DNA of 57,915 bases from an uncultured virus (IMG/VR IMGVR_UViG_3300042884_001169) (Duplodnaviria > Heunggongvirae > Uroviricota > Caudoviricetes): the IMG/VR virus record IMGVR_UViG_3300042884_001169. One strand, given 5' to 3'. Made by a program: the position numbers and the translations under genes. Under the pieces are notes generated by a model. It saw nothing but the letters and a program-made list of their open reading frames with translations. It ran no database searches and was not told the DNA's origin. Shown here piece after piece: positions 29,147-39,338 of the stretch; within the stretch, counting starts at the first letter, position 1, and the number at the start of each line of letters is the position of its first letter.

Positions 29147-32100
29147 TGATCAAAGCCCCTTGGGGATAAAGAGAATGGGATGTTGCGGTCTTCCAGAAGT
29201 TTAACTAGAGCAAGCGGAACTTCAGATATGTCAGCATACGGAAGAATGACCTTTTCGATGTCCTCAATGTCGACACCTCCATGGATCTGGGCTTCAGTGT
29301 ACTGGTATCCCATCCAGTTTGAATCCCCTATTGATCCAACCCTGAATACCCCACTGTCTAAAATTAACTTTCGAAGCATCGCTTCTTTTCTTGGCGATTG
29401 CCGTCGCATGAGACCCTCCATCGCCAAAATAGAAATCGTTTGATGGCTAGGTGCGCCGCTAAACGACAGCATGTAGACGATGTTCTTGACTCTGTCCAAG
29501 TCGATCTCGTTGTCTTCTGTAAAGTAACCAAGAACAGCACCGATTTCCTCAAGGACTGTTTCGTCTAACGGAACTACTGCACCTCGTGATCCGAAGGAAT
29601 CTCCAATAGTGGCAGTCGTGCGATCCCGAATCTCGCCCCTCAAAATGATCTGATGGTCGCCATAAGGGCGAGACGATTGATTCGGGGGGACGTCTGTCAG
29701 CGGCGTTACTACCAATTCGTCATCTTCGTTCCATCCGAAATCGCGCTGCTGATCTGCAAAGAATCCATAGATGGGACGCAGGGTCTCTGGCAGGTTTTGG
29801 GGGATCCCCATAATACGATTTTCAATATTTTGCCGAAATTCTGGAGCAAACGAGCCTTGACTGTAACCCGTTTCGAACTGACTTTTCACCCTGCCTTCCT
29901 CCAGAACCAACAACAGGGCCTCACTGCCAATTGCGATCCGAATAGGACCGCTTGTGAGCAATTCGATTTCGTCTCGATATGCCTCAACAATTGCATCAGC
30001 GATATCTGCATCGAAATGTTCAGAAAACATTTTTTCGAGCAAATCATATGTCTGGCCGTGCATCATGATGGAGTTGCGGCCCGGACGGGTTATGCGACTC
30101 AGTTCCTCGCGAAATGCTTCAGGGCTAACAATGATTGGCCCAAACATGTCAACTAATTCATCAGCGGCTCTTGGACTGTCAAGGGCCATTGTTTCGCTCA
30201 GTTGATCAAGGAAAGTTTCGATCAGTTTACTTAGGAAGAGTCCACGGACACCCTCCACCTGTGTCGCCATGTACTGCCTCATGCGGTTTTGCATGTCGTC
30301 TGTTTGTACAGAGTACAAACCTGAAACTCCCGGCATGTATCGACGCCGAATGCTTTTACGATCAGGAATAGGTCGATCACGCCGCGCGTCCACCCCAGAA
30401 GGCACCTGTGGTGTCTGCCCTTCAGGCACAGGTGCAAGAGGCGCTGCCGCCGGACGTGCCGTCTGACGCACCGACGACGCTCCAAGTTCCTGCAACGAAG
30501 GCGTACCAACATCAGAAAGAGGCGAACCACGCTTCTTCGGTTTCGCTGCATCCACTTCACTTCCAACAGGCTTCGGCACTTCGCCTTGCTCAGCCGGTTC
30601 CGGCGTCAAACGACCAAGGTCTGCACCAATCGTGCCTTCTTCCGGTTTCGGCATGTACGTTGGGACGTAATTCACTTCGTTTCCGGCTGCATCCCGAATG
30701 ACAAGGTTGTTTGGTCGTGCCGTGATCGACGTGGATTGAATTCTCTGTCCACGAGTTACAGGCTTTCCGTCTATGTAAAGTTTCGTGCCAGCCGGGCGTT
30801 CCCATACAGTCCATTCTTGAACAATCCCATCCCCATCGCCGTCACGGGCATCTGGGTCATAGGGTTCATCGATGAGCGCTGCTCGTCTACTTGCAGCCTT
30901 CGCTTCAATGCGGGGTCCAACAAAAGCCTTTGTGTCGGTTTGTTCAGACGCATTTGGTGTGATGAACTTCCAGCCAACGTCGGTTTCCAAAGGAACCCTG
31001 CCGTCTGCGGTAACCACGGGAATTGAGCGCTCCCTTGCCAGACGCAGGACCTCACGAATGTCCTCTCCGAGAGATTCCGTAGAGTTGGGAAGCACGATTT
31101 CGGCTACATCCTCTAAGGCGACGCCACCGTGAATCTGGGTTTCAACGTACCTAGGGTTTTGGGGTCGGATCATGGCTTGTGCTTCTTCTGAACGGATTCG
31201 TCGGAGCACGCCTCGGCGTAACTCTTCGGGCAGACGGTCAATCCATGCGCGAGCAGCGATGCTTGCCGCAGCCTCATGAAAGTCATCTGAAACGGCGGCA
31301 TGGAGAAGCCCAGTCCGTACGTCCCCTCTAGAGCCGTTGGTGGGGTCAGGGAATGATGCAAGCAATGCTTCACGCGCTGCTTCCGTAAGAGGAACTGCAG
31401 TGCCAACGCTTCCGGTCATAGAGTCACCGAAAGTCGCTGTAGTTCTTGCTCTCACATCGTCTTTAAGACGGAACAGGACAGGACCATGCATTGTTGCTGC
31501 GTCTCGTGTTGGATCTGGATCTAACTGTGAATTGCCAGCGAAGCCAGCATCAGGGGTTCGTGGAATGAACCCGTAGATCGGTCTTCCTCGATCCGCCGTG
31601 TCTCGCGGAACTCCAAGCAATTCCGATTCCACCGAGGCTCTGTCTCTCAACGATTGGGTGAAGCCTTCCGGTTGTGTCTCGAAATGAGTTTGAATTCTTC
31701 CTTCGGCGATGATGGTTGCTGCTGTGGATTCAGTTGCGGGGACATAAATCTGTTTGACGAGTTCCCTGTCGGCATACTCATTCAATGCGTTGTCGATGAG
31801 TTCATTGATGAAGTCATCGTCACGCTCCAGCAGTGGGGTGAGTTTCTCTGCTAGCCATTCCCGCCGCAGCCTTGGGTCGCTAACGTCGACTTCTTCACGG
31901 CCTAAAGCATCACGAATGGCGCTCGACAGGCGCTCCCATTCGAGATCTCCCTCTTCCCCTTTGCCGACATCAGCGAGGAGATCGATGAGTTTCTCCATCA
32001 TCAGTGACTTTGTTGCTGCGCGACTTGTTGCTGCTCTTTCGATTACCGCTTCACCAGTGGCGGGTCCGGGTGTGTAGGGGACTCGTACATCAGGAATTTC

Positions 32101-35100
32101 GGTGTCTTTGGATTCAGACAACGCACGTCGGTATTCGAAAACCTGTTTGTTGTATTCACGCATTGCATCTCTGTGCTTTGCCATGGATACCGCATGTTCC
32201 TGCTTTTGCTTTTCGTATAGATCGGCCATGTATGCGTTATCCAAGACACCGACTTCGGCGCGTTCGTTGTCTACGGCGGAGAGAAGTCCTCGTCGCAGAA
32301 CTTCGTTGGTTGCGTCTACGTCAGCCATTGCGTCATGAGCGCCATCGCCAAGTTCATAACCCAGATAACTCGCCAACGAGCCGAGTGCATGGCTGGTTGG
32401 GCCGGTTTCCTCTCCATCTCCCTTGGGAACAGCCATGCGCATGAGTGCGAGGGTGTCTACCGAGCCTCCCAATTGCAAGGTGCCATCGTTCTCGTCGACG
32501 ATGCGTTGAAGTACCTCTAAATCGAATGGGGCGTTGTGGGCTACAACGATTTGCCCGTTTAATACTGCTGACAGCCGTCCTTGAGCGTCTTCAACGGAAA
32601 TGCCGTTCTCGGCTAACCATTCTTCCGTGAGTGGATTGCCATCACCATCGCGAAGATGTTGACGAGACCATTCAGAAAGTGGTCGGTCGGGGTTAATGAA
32701 CTGATTAATGCGTTGAACGACTTTTCCGTCTTGAACCCGAACCATCGCTACCTGCGTCGGCATGTTGCCGTGATCGAAACCTGTAGTTTCAAAATCCAGA
32801 AGCCAATATCCCTCTTCATCGAGGAGTTCCAAGACTCGTTCAAAATCGCCTTCAGCCCGATCAACGATTTCTGCGGCACGCCCAGAGAACGGCGGGGGCG
32901 CTGGAGTGTAAGGAGCGCGAGGCTTTACAGGCGCAATCAACTCATCTCGGTCCATGGAATCAGCGTTTGTTCCCGGCGACATATCCATGTCTTCAATACT
33001 TGCTGAAGGGATTGGATCAGGCTTAGACCCAGTGAACGTGGACGACGAAGCCGATGCCTGTGCTTTTGGGGCCTGAGGTGTCGCCGAATAATAAACGGTT
33101 TTCTTGCGATTCTCGTCTTCCCAACTAACCGTGAAACCATGTTTCCTCGCTGCCGCAAGAAGCCGCTTTGCATGTGGATTAGCGGAAGCAAGGAAGTCAG
33201 GTGCAAGTGGTCGGCCTTCGTTGTCTCCATCAAACTGGAGTCGAACCGGAAGGACAATTTCTTCAACGTCACTCAAATCTACGCCACCATGGATCTGAGT
33301 TTCGATGTAGTCGAGACTTCGTCCCAACCCTGCTTCGATCTGGCCGGGGTTCCAAATGTCGCTCAAAGAGTCATTGCCCGACAGGTTCTCTTCGATGAAT
33401 CGATCAACGAGCCGTGCCGCCAAAATGTCTTCCGCTGCACCACCGAGCGCTCCGACGATTAAAAGTTCTTGCCCAGAAAGTGCGGCACCCTCCGCATCCA
33501 GTTGTCGAACATGTTCATCTCGCAATTCCTTATCTAGCGGAATCGGATAAAGCCGATGATCTAAAGAGTCACCCAATGAGACTGTGGTCCGTTCGGAAAC
33601 TTCGGGTCGCAACCGAATAAACACTCCGCCCCCACCTGTATAAACCCGCGCCCGATCGCCACTTGCGTCAGGTTCTATCCCGTCATCCTTCATCCGGCTG
33701 GGGATGTAACCGTAAATCGGTCGTTCAAAATCAGCCGCGTCCTCCGGTACGTTCATGTGGTCAAGTTCAAATTCGCTTCTATATTCGGGATTGTAAAGTC
33801 CTTGCGAGGTCCATGTCTCAAACTGGGACTTGATGCGTTCATCACGAATGATTCCGGGTTCAAAAATTACTCCTTGTTCCACATCCTCTTCATTGCCGTC
33901 TTCCCCAAAAAGTGCGTAAAACGGCACCGCGACGTATACGCCTCTTTCATCGTGCAACTCTTGAATGAATTCTTCCGCTTCTTCAAACAACTGCTTGCTT
34001 GCTTCCTGCCACCGTTCAGCGACCGCCGGTTCTGGTGATACCGGAAACACAATCTCGGCGGCATCTCTTAATTTAGAAAAACCCGCGAAACGGGAAGGAA
34101 TACCTAAAGCAGTTGAAATCCGGTCTGCACGATCTTCCTCTTCTGCAATGTTGTCTGCATTAGGCGAACTGAAGGTCCTGAGTCTCCCGATATTCAAAAA
34201 AGCAGTTCGTGCTGCGGACATCACAGACATAAAGCGGCTTGTATAACTCGTTGCGATGGGGCCATCCCCACTTCGGGCCTGCCCTCGCTTCCCCTTTGCG
34301 GCAGTGCGCAAATAATCAGGCACCCGACTTGGCCTGTTCACATTTGGATCGACAGCAACCGAGTCCTCCGCATCACGCTCCGGGCCACGCACCACACCCA
34401 CAGACCGTCCGATAGTCCCAACATCGCTGCGTTCGTAAGACGGCACATAATCGACAGCGTTACCATTCGTATCAACGATCCGGTGACTTCGAGAACGGAA
34501 AGTTGAAATCTGGCCTCTAGCAATCTCTGTGCCAGATGCATCCATAATCCGTGTGCCAGCAGGCCGCTCCCAAGGTGTGCCTTCCTGCACAATGCCATCC
34601 CCATCACCATCGCGGGCGTCTGGATCGTAAGGCTCTTCGATGAGTCGGCGCCGGAAATTCAGAGGGGCTTTGATCTGCAGTGCTTCGTAGAGTCCTTTGG
34701 TTACGACCGCTTCAGGATCACCCGTGGCCGCCTCAATGACCTGCGCTACAGCATCCTCAAGTTCTTCCTGTATCTCATCCGCAACCTTCTGCTTCAAACC
34801 ATCCCAATAGGCGTCAAGTTCATTGATCGCCTCCTGAACTTCCCGCTCAAGCGACTCAACCGTAACCTCAACCCCAGAGTCGCCCATGAGAAGTTTCACG
34901 CCATGCTGGTTTTTCAACTTCTTGACCAACTCAACAGCCTGCTGCTTCGACTTCAACTTGTACAAAGATCCGAAACCAACAAAATCTTTCAGTTCATACG
35001 AACCCTGCTTTTTACGCTCAAGCAAAAACTTGATTTGGCTTTCCGTAAAACCAACAGATTCCAAAAATTCTTGTGAGAAATACTCGTCGATCACTTCTTC

Positions 35101-36681
35101 ATCGACGTTCGGAGTTGCTTCCAACGCATCAAGAGAGTTAATCCTGATCGAATCAACTTCATCCAAGTCGAAACTTCCAGCAATGTTCGCCTCTAAATAG
35201 TCGTGCGTGCTTTCACCAGTACGCCATTCCGTCGCACCAAACCCCGACTGGCTGCTTTGTGTTGTCCCCCGAGTAGACCCGTTACGCTCACTTTCGAGCA
35301 TGTTCAAAATCACAGCAGTCGGATTTTTCTGTCCAGATCCATTAATCAAAACTGACGCAATGTATTCCGGATCATCTTCATCCATACCCACAACACCCGG
35401 TCCCCCATGATTGATGGAATCTCCAAGACTCCACGCAGTTCGATCAAGAACCTCCGGCTTCAAGTCAATCGTAATATCCCCGTAGATGTCGCTAACGCCC
35501 GTAAGTCTTTTCTCCAGTTTTTGGTCTTCACCGCCCGCACCGTCATCAACCAAATCAGCCACTTCCCGAGTAATGAGATAACCGGCTGCAGGACGAACGT
35601 CAACAGGAGCACTTGGTGGAATACCTATTACGCGCGCATCCGTCGTAGTTCGACCAGCAACTCCCGCGTTATCAGTCGCAGTGCCACGATCAAACACCGT
35701 CTTATAGCGTCCATCGCGAATAAACCCTGCGAGTTTGCTCCACGTCATCTTTACGCGAACTCCGCCGCCCTTAACTTCTTCCTGCACCCTACTCGCCTGC
35801 GACAAAAGCATCTGGTTCAGTTCCTGATCAGAACTTTCCAAAACAAGAGTTTTCAACTCATCCGGCATCGCATCGATACTTTTGCGATCCACCTCTCGAA
35901 GTGCGAACTGTCCGTTTGCATCGAACTCGCCCGTTTCCAAATATCGGCGAACCGAGAACAGTGAATTTGCCTGTATCTTGCGTCTGCGCGCGATCGCCTC
36001 CGCTCTCGTCACTGGCACCCCGAGATTCGATTCAGTACCCTCGTCGGCCTCTTTCTGTCGAGCCTCTTTGTACTCATCATCGATACGACCCATCATTGCG
36101 CCCGCCTCGATAAGTTTCTGCTTAATCGAAGCGTTCTTCTTCCGGATCTGCTTCGGAGTCATAGCAGTCAATTCCGATTCAGCCTCCGGCTCCGGCGTCT
36201 CTGCTTCTGGCGCGCGCGGCGTTTCGACTGCAAGGAAATCCAGCACCTCAGGATCAAGCGGTTCAAGATTCAGACCTTCCCGCTCCCGCTGCGCCAGAAG
36301 AGCATCAGGCCTACCAAAAGGAACCCGCTCAGGAGGCGTAACAAGATCACGAATACTCGGCAAACCGCTTTCGCCAATACTTACCGCACCATGCTCACTA
36401 AGAGCAGTACCGCCCGCAGCGCCACCAGCCGTCTCATACGAAGGCGTGTAATCGACCTTATTGCCCTGAGCATCAACAACCCGAACTCCACGAAGTCGCG
36501 TAGCAGAATTCGCCCCAGCCGCAATTGGAGAACCAGCGGAATCCTGCAGGAACGTACCGTCAGGACGCTCCCACGCTGTGCCTTCCTGAATGATCCCATC
36601 GCCATCGGCGTCGCGCGCTTGAGGATCATATGGCTCTAACCGGAGTCCCCCCCAACGCGTGCTTGTGCCAGAAATTGCCAT
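29143..36681 (-). CDS. 2512-aa modular putative virion/ejected protein: 3 leader repeats, 4 DUF3626-like domains, 1 DEDDh 3'-5' exonuclease
   Basis: EPYDPxARDxDGDGIxQE..WERPxGT x3; KSQFET..RPIYG..RTT..GDS..YxExQIHGGV x4 (first copy degenerate); LDFETTG..AHNAPFD..HDAMAD. Confidence 0.85.
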   Translation of the reverse strand: MAISGTSTRWGGLRLEPYDPQARDADGDGIIQEGTAWERPDGTFLQDSAGSPIAAGANSATRLRGVRVVDAQGNKVDYTPSYETAGGAAGGTALSEHGAVSIGESGLPSIRDLVTPPERVPFGRPDALLAQREREGLNLEPLDPEVLDFLAVETPRAPEAETPEPEAESELTAMTPKQIRKKNASIKQKLIEAGAMMGRIDDEYKEARQKEADEGTESNLGVPVTRAEAIARRRKIQANSLFSVRRYLETGEFDANGQFALREVDRKSIDAMPDELKTLVLESSDQELNQMLLSQASRVQEEVKGGGVRVKMTWSKLAGFIRDGRYKTVFDRGTATDNAGVAGRTTTDARVIGIPPSAPVDVRPAAGYLITREVADLVDDGAGGEDQKLEKRLTGVSDIYGDITIDLKPEVLDRTAWSLGDSINHGGPGVVGMDEDDPEYIASVLINGSGQKNPTAVILNMLESERNGSTRGTTQSSQSGFGATEWRTGESTHDYLEANIAGSFDLDEVDSIRINSLDALEATPNVDEEVIDEYFSQEFLESVGFTESQIKFLLERKKQGSYELKDFVGFGSLYKLKSKQQAVELVKKLKNQHGVKLLMGDSGVEVTVESLEREVQEAINELDAYWDGLKQKVADEIQEELEDAVAQVIEAATGDPEAVVTKGLYEALQIKAPLNFRRRLIEEPYDPDARDGDGDGIVQEGTPWERPAGTRIMDASGTEIARGQISTFRSRSHRIVDTNGNAVDYVPSYERSDVGTIGRSVGVVRGPERDAEDSVAVDPNVNRPSRVPDYLRTAAKGKRGQARSGDGPIATSYTSRFMSVMSAARTAFLNIGRLRTFSSPNADNIAEEEDRADRISTALGIPSRFAGFSKLRDAAEIVFPVSPEPAVAERWQEASKQLFEEAEEFIQELHDERGVYVAVPFYALFGEDGNEEDVEQGVIFEPGIIRDERIKSQFETWTSQGLYNPEYRSEFELDHMNVPEDAADFERPIYGYIPSRMKDDGIEPDASGDRARVYTGGGGVFIRLRPEVSERTTVSLGDSLDHRLYPIPLDKELRDEHVRQLDAEGAALSGQELLIVGALGGAAEDILAARLVDRFIEENLSGNDSLSDIWNPGQIEAGLGRSLDYIETQIHGGVDLSDVEEIVLPVRLQFDGDNEGRPLAPDFLASANPHAKRLLAAARKHGFTVSWEDENRKKTVYYSATPQAPKAQASASSSTFTGSKPDPIPSASIEDMDMSPGTNADSMDRDELIAPVKPRAPYTPAPPPFSGRAAEIVDRAEGDFERVLELLDEEGYWLLDFETTGFDHGNMPTQVAMVRVQDGKVVQRINQFINPDRPLSEWSRQHLRDGDGNPLTEEWLAENGISVEDAQGRLSAVLNGQIVVAHNAPFDLEVLQRIVDENDGTLQLGGSVDTLALMRMAVPKGDGEETGPTSHALGSLASYLGYELGDGAHDAMADVDATNEVLRRGLLSAVDNERAEVGVLDNAYMADLYEKQKQEHAVSMAKHRDAMREYNKQVFEYRRALSESKDTEIPDVRVPYTPGPATGEAVIERAATSRAATKSLMMEKLIDLLADVGKGEEGDLEWERLSSAIRDALGREEVDVSDPRLRREWLAEKLTPLLERDDDFINELIDNALNEYADRELVKQIYVPATESTAATIIAEGRIQTHFETQPEGFTQSLRDRASVESELLGVPRDTADRGRPIYGFIPRTPDAGFAGNSQLDPDPTRDAATMHGPVLFRLKDDVRARTTATFGDSMTGSVGTAVPLTEAAREALLASFPDPTNGSRGDVRTGLLHAAVSDDFHEAAASIAARAWIDRLPEELRRGVLRRIRSEEAQAMIRPQNPRYVETQIHGGVALEDVAEIVLPNSTESLGEDIREVLRLARERSIPVVTADGRVPLETDVGWKFITPNASEQTDTKAFVGPRIEAKAASRRAALIDEPYDPDARDGDGDGIVQEWTVWERPAGTKLYIDGKPVTRGQRIQSTSITARPNNLVIRDAAGNEVNYVPTYMPKPEEGTIGADLGRLTPEPAEQGEVPKPVGSEVDAAKPKKRGSPLSDVGTPSLQELGASSVRQTARPAAAPLAPVPEGQTPQVPSGVDARRDRPIPDRKSIRRRYMPGVSGLYSVQTDDMQNRMRQYMATQVEGVRGLFLSKLIETFLDQLSETMALDSPRAADELVDMFGPIIVSPEAFREELSRITRPGRNSIMMHGQTYDLLEKMFSEHFDADIADAIVEAYRDEIELLTSGPIRIAIGSEALLLVLEEGRVKSQFETGYSQGSFAPEFRQNIENRIMGIPQNLPETLRPIYGFFADQQRDFGWNEDDELVVTPLTDVPPNQSSRPYGDHQIILRGEIRDRTTATIGDSFGSRGAVVPLDETVLEEIGAVLGYFTEDNEIDLDRVKNIVYMLSFSGAPSHQTISILAMEGLMRRQSPRKEAMLRKLILDSGVFRVGSIGDSNWMGYQYTEAQIHGGVDIEDIEKVILPYADISEVPLALVKLLEDRNIPFSLSPRGFDQ

Positions 36682-37048
36682 ATCTTGAGATTACTGTATT
36701 CGTGGCTTTAATGTTTCAGGTAAACAGTCCCGCTGGGAAAAATCCACCCGGGGCTGCGAAATGCTTTGGTATTTAGTTTGTTACGGTGTCGATTTCGCGC
36801 GGGTTATCCACAGGTTTTTGTCCGTGCTGTGGAAAACGTTATCCACAGGGCTGTCCACAGGCTGTGGAACGTGGATCGAACACTTGTTCGTGTGACGGGG
36901 GTCACTGGTGGGGGTGGGGGTCGGGTGGGTGTGACGGGTGTCACGGGTGGGGCGTGTGACATATTTCACGGTGGAATCCGGTGCAGTCCGGTGCTGGACC
37001 CTATAAGGTGCAGTCATGACATCGAACGGCGGAGAGGGGGTGAATGAA

Positions 37049-37255
37049 ATGAACGAAATGACAGAGTATGAACTACTCAAGATGACGCGTGAGTTGTTTG
37101 CGAACAAGGGCGCTCAGTTTGGGCGTGCGGTCAGCAACCAAGGGTACGACGTCTTCACTGCTCATGATCTGGCGAGGTTGTTTTGCCCGCTTGATCCAGA
37201 CGAGGCAGACGCGTTTCTCTACGGGGTGACGCAGGCGTATCTCGCTAGGGCCTAG
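37049..37255 (+). CDS. cassette 1 micro-protein (68 aa; alternative leaderless start at 37016)
   Basis: GGAGAGGGGGTGA RBS; hairpin follows. Confidence 0.75.
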   Translation: MNEMTEYELLKMTRELFANKGAQFGRAVSNQGYDVFTAHDLARLFCPLDPDEADAFLYGVTQAYLARA

Positions 37256-37726
37256 CCCAAGGGGTGGCCCCCGGTTCGCCGGGGGTCATCCTCTCCCGAT
37301 CTGTTGTCCACATCCCCCCTGTGGATAACTTGAGGCCCTCCCCGTTCCGCCGCGGGGAGGGCCTCCCCCTTTGCGAAACAGCCCCGCTGGAGGGTTTGGT
37401 CTATTTTTTTTACGGTGGCGATTTCGTTTTTGTTGGGGGGGGGTATTTAGTCCCGCCTGCACCTGTTGGTGCCGGGGCTGCGAAGGCTGCGATGCGTTTT
37501 CCGCTCCGGGGCTGTCCGCGGTTATCCACAGGCTTGCGCGGGTCGTTGGTTGTCCACAGGTTTGTTCATGCCCTGTGGATTGTTGGTTCGAACGATTGTT
37601 CGGTGACGGGTGTCACGTTTGGGGGGGGTTGAGGGTGTGACAGGATTCACACGGCTGCAGGTTGTAGGTGTCAATTGTTTCTGGTAGTTTCGGTGCATGA
37701 TCACGAACGGCGGAAAGGGGGTGAAC

Positions 37727-37900
37727 ATGGAAAATCTTCAGAAGTGTTCCGAGTGCGGCGACAGCGTTGCCACATTGTGGAATCGCGGTCGTTGTTGGGA
37801 CTGTCACGACGCCTCGTGCGCGTACAGCCTCAACGGTGATTCGGCCCCTGATGCGTTCGATCCCGCTTATGCGGGTGAGCGTTGGGATGACGATTACTGA
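37727..37900 (+). CDS. cassette 2 micro-protein (57 aa, CxxC..CxxC, acidic tail)
   Basis: GGGGGTGA RBS; CSEC and CWDC. Confidence 0.75.
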   Translation: MENLQKCSECGDSVATLWNRGRCWDCHDASCAYSLNGDSAPDAFDPAYAGERWDDDY

Positions 37901-37911
37901 TCGGCTCCGCG

Positions 37912-37968
37912 CTACTGACTAGGATTCGGCGCCGCCGGGGGCGTGGCAACAGCACCCCGGCACCACCA
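37912..37968 (+). ncRNA. candidate structured RNA element, copy 1
   Basis: 57-nt element repeated at 39282-39338 with a compensatory pair change and a GCAA tetraloop. Confidence 0.4.
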
Positions 37969-38470
37969 TTCTCGCGACCCCCTGTGATCCGCCGCACGGG
38001 GGGTCGCGTGCATCCCCGGCGCGTGTCGCGCGCGGGCCGACCCCGGGGCTGTCAGGCGCTTTGGTCTATTTTTTCTTACGGTGGCGATTTCGGCAAGGAT
38101 TTCGAGGCGAAAGTCCCGCTGGAGGTTTGCGCGTTGCGGGGCTGTCGGGAAGTTATCCACAGCGGCCTGTGGATAAGGTTGTCCACAGGTTTTTGCACAG
38201 GGTGTGGATAAGTTATCCACAGGCGGGTGGTGTGACGGTTGTCACATTCGAACGTCTGTTCGTGTGACGGTGGTCACATGTGACGGGTGTCACTTTCGAA
38301 CATGTGTTCGTGTGACGGGTGTCACATTCGAACGGGTGTTCGGTGACGTTTGTCACAAAGTGTTTGTGTGTCGAATGTCACATGTGCCTCTTGTCACAAG
38401 AGGTTGGTTTTTGACCTTAGGCCCTATAGGGTACTGGTATGACATCGAACGGCGGAAAGGGGGTGACAGA

Positions 38471-38668
38471 ATGGAAACTATCGAAGTAGTCGACTGCAAG
38501 GTCGAGGTCGAGGACATCGAGGGTCGGCCTACCTATCGGGCGTACCTACCCGATGGCGAATGGTTCGCAACCTACGTCGAGGGCGTAATCCCGCCCCCGG
38601 GCTACCCGTCCGGGCGTTGGTCCTCGCCTGAGCAATTCATCGCATGGATCAAGTGGGCTAGGTCCTAA
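38471..38668 (+). CDS. cassette 3 micro-protein (65 aa)
   Basis: GGGGGTGA RBS; hairpin follows. Confidence 0.75.
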   Translation: METIEVVDCKVEVEDIEGRPTYRAYLPDGEWFATYVEGVIPPPGYPSGRWSSPEQFIAWIKWARS

Positions 38669-39122
38669 CATCGAGCGTCCCCCGGGGTCCGCCCCCCGGG
38701 GGTTCGCTTCGGGCCATCGAGGGGACCCGCCCCCCTCGATGGCCCACTCCCCAGTCCCGCTGGGATCTGTCTCTATTTATCCTACGGTGGCGATTTCGCA
38801 ATTTATTGGTCGAACAGATCAGTCCCGCCTTCGCCTTTCGGCTCCGGGGCTGCTGCGAAAGTTATCCACAAGCGGGTGGGGATAACTTTATCCACAAGTT
38901 CATCCACAGGGTGTGGAAAACTTATCCACAGGTTATCCACAGGCTGTGGACAACCGCTCGAACACGCGTTCGGTGACCTCGGTCACACTGCGAATCGAAC
39001 AAGTGTTCGTGTGACGCGCGTCACGTTTGGGGCCGCAACCCGTGTGACGGAATTCACAGTGGAATTCGTCCTTGACCCCGGTAGGGTACAACTATGAACG
39101 ACAACGGCGGAGGGAGGTGAAC

Positions 39123-39272
39123 ATGGCAGGAACATGGCAGGATCACGTCGACTGGGAATCAGTCGAACGGACCGGGCGCCTCGAAGAAGAGGACGTTTGG
39201 CAGGCGATCGCCGATTCCGAGGACCTCGACTACAACGAGATCGCGGACGGTGATCTCGCTGAATGGTTGTGA
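39123..39272 (+). CDS. cassette 4 acidic micro-protein (49 aa)
   Basis: GGAGGTGA RBS; 16 D/E versus 2 R. Confidence 0.75.
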   Translation: MAGTWQDHVDWESVERTGRLEEEDVWQAIADSEDLDYNEIADGDLAEWL

Positions 39273-39281
39273 TCCATTCCA

Positions 39282-39338
39282 CTACCGACTGAGCGTCGGC
39301 GTCGCCGGGAACGTGGCAACAGAATCCCGGCACCGCCA
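39282..39338 (+). ncRNA. candidate structured RNA element, copy 2
   Basis: second copy of 37912-37968. Confidence 0.4.

Noticed and set aside
29180..36639. Many + strand ORFs opposite the 2512-aa gene, and similar antisense ORFs elsewhere
   Set aside because: Shadow frames of well-supported genes with no motifs or RBS
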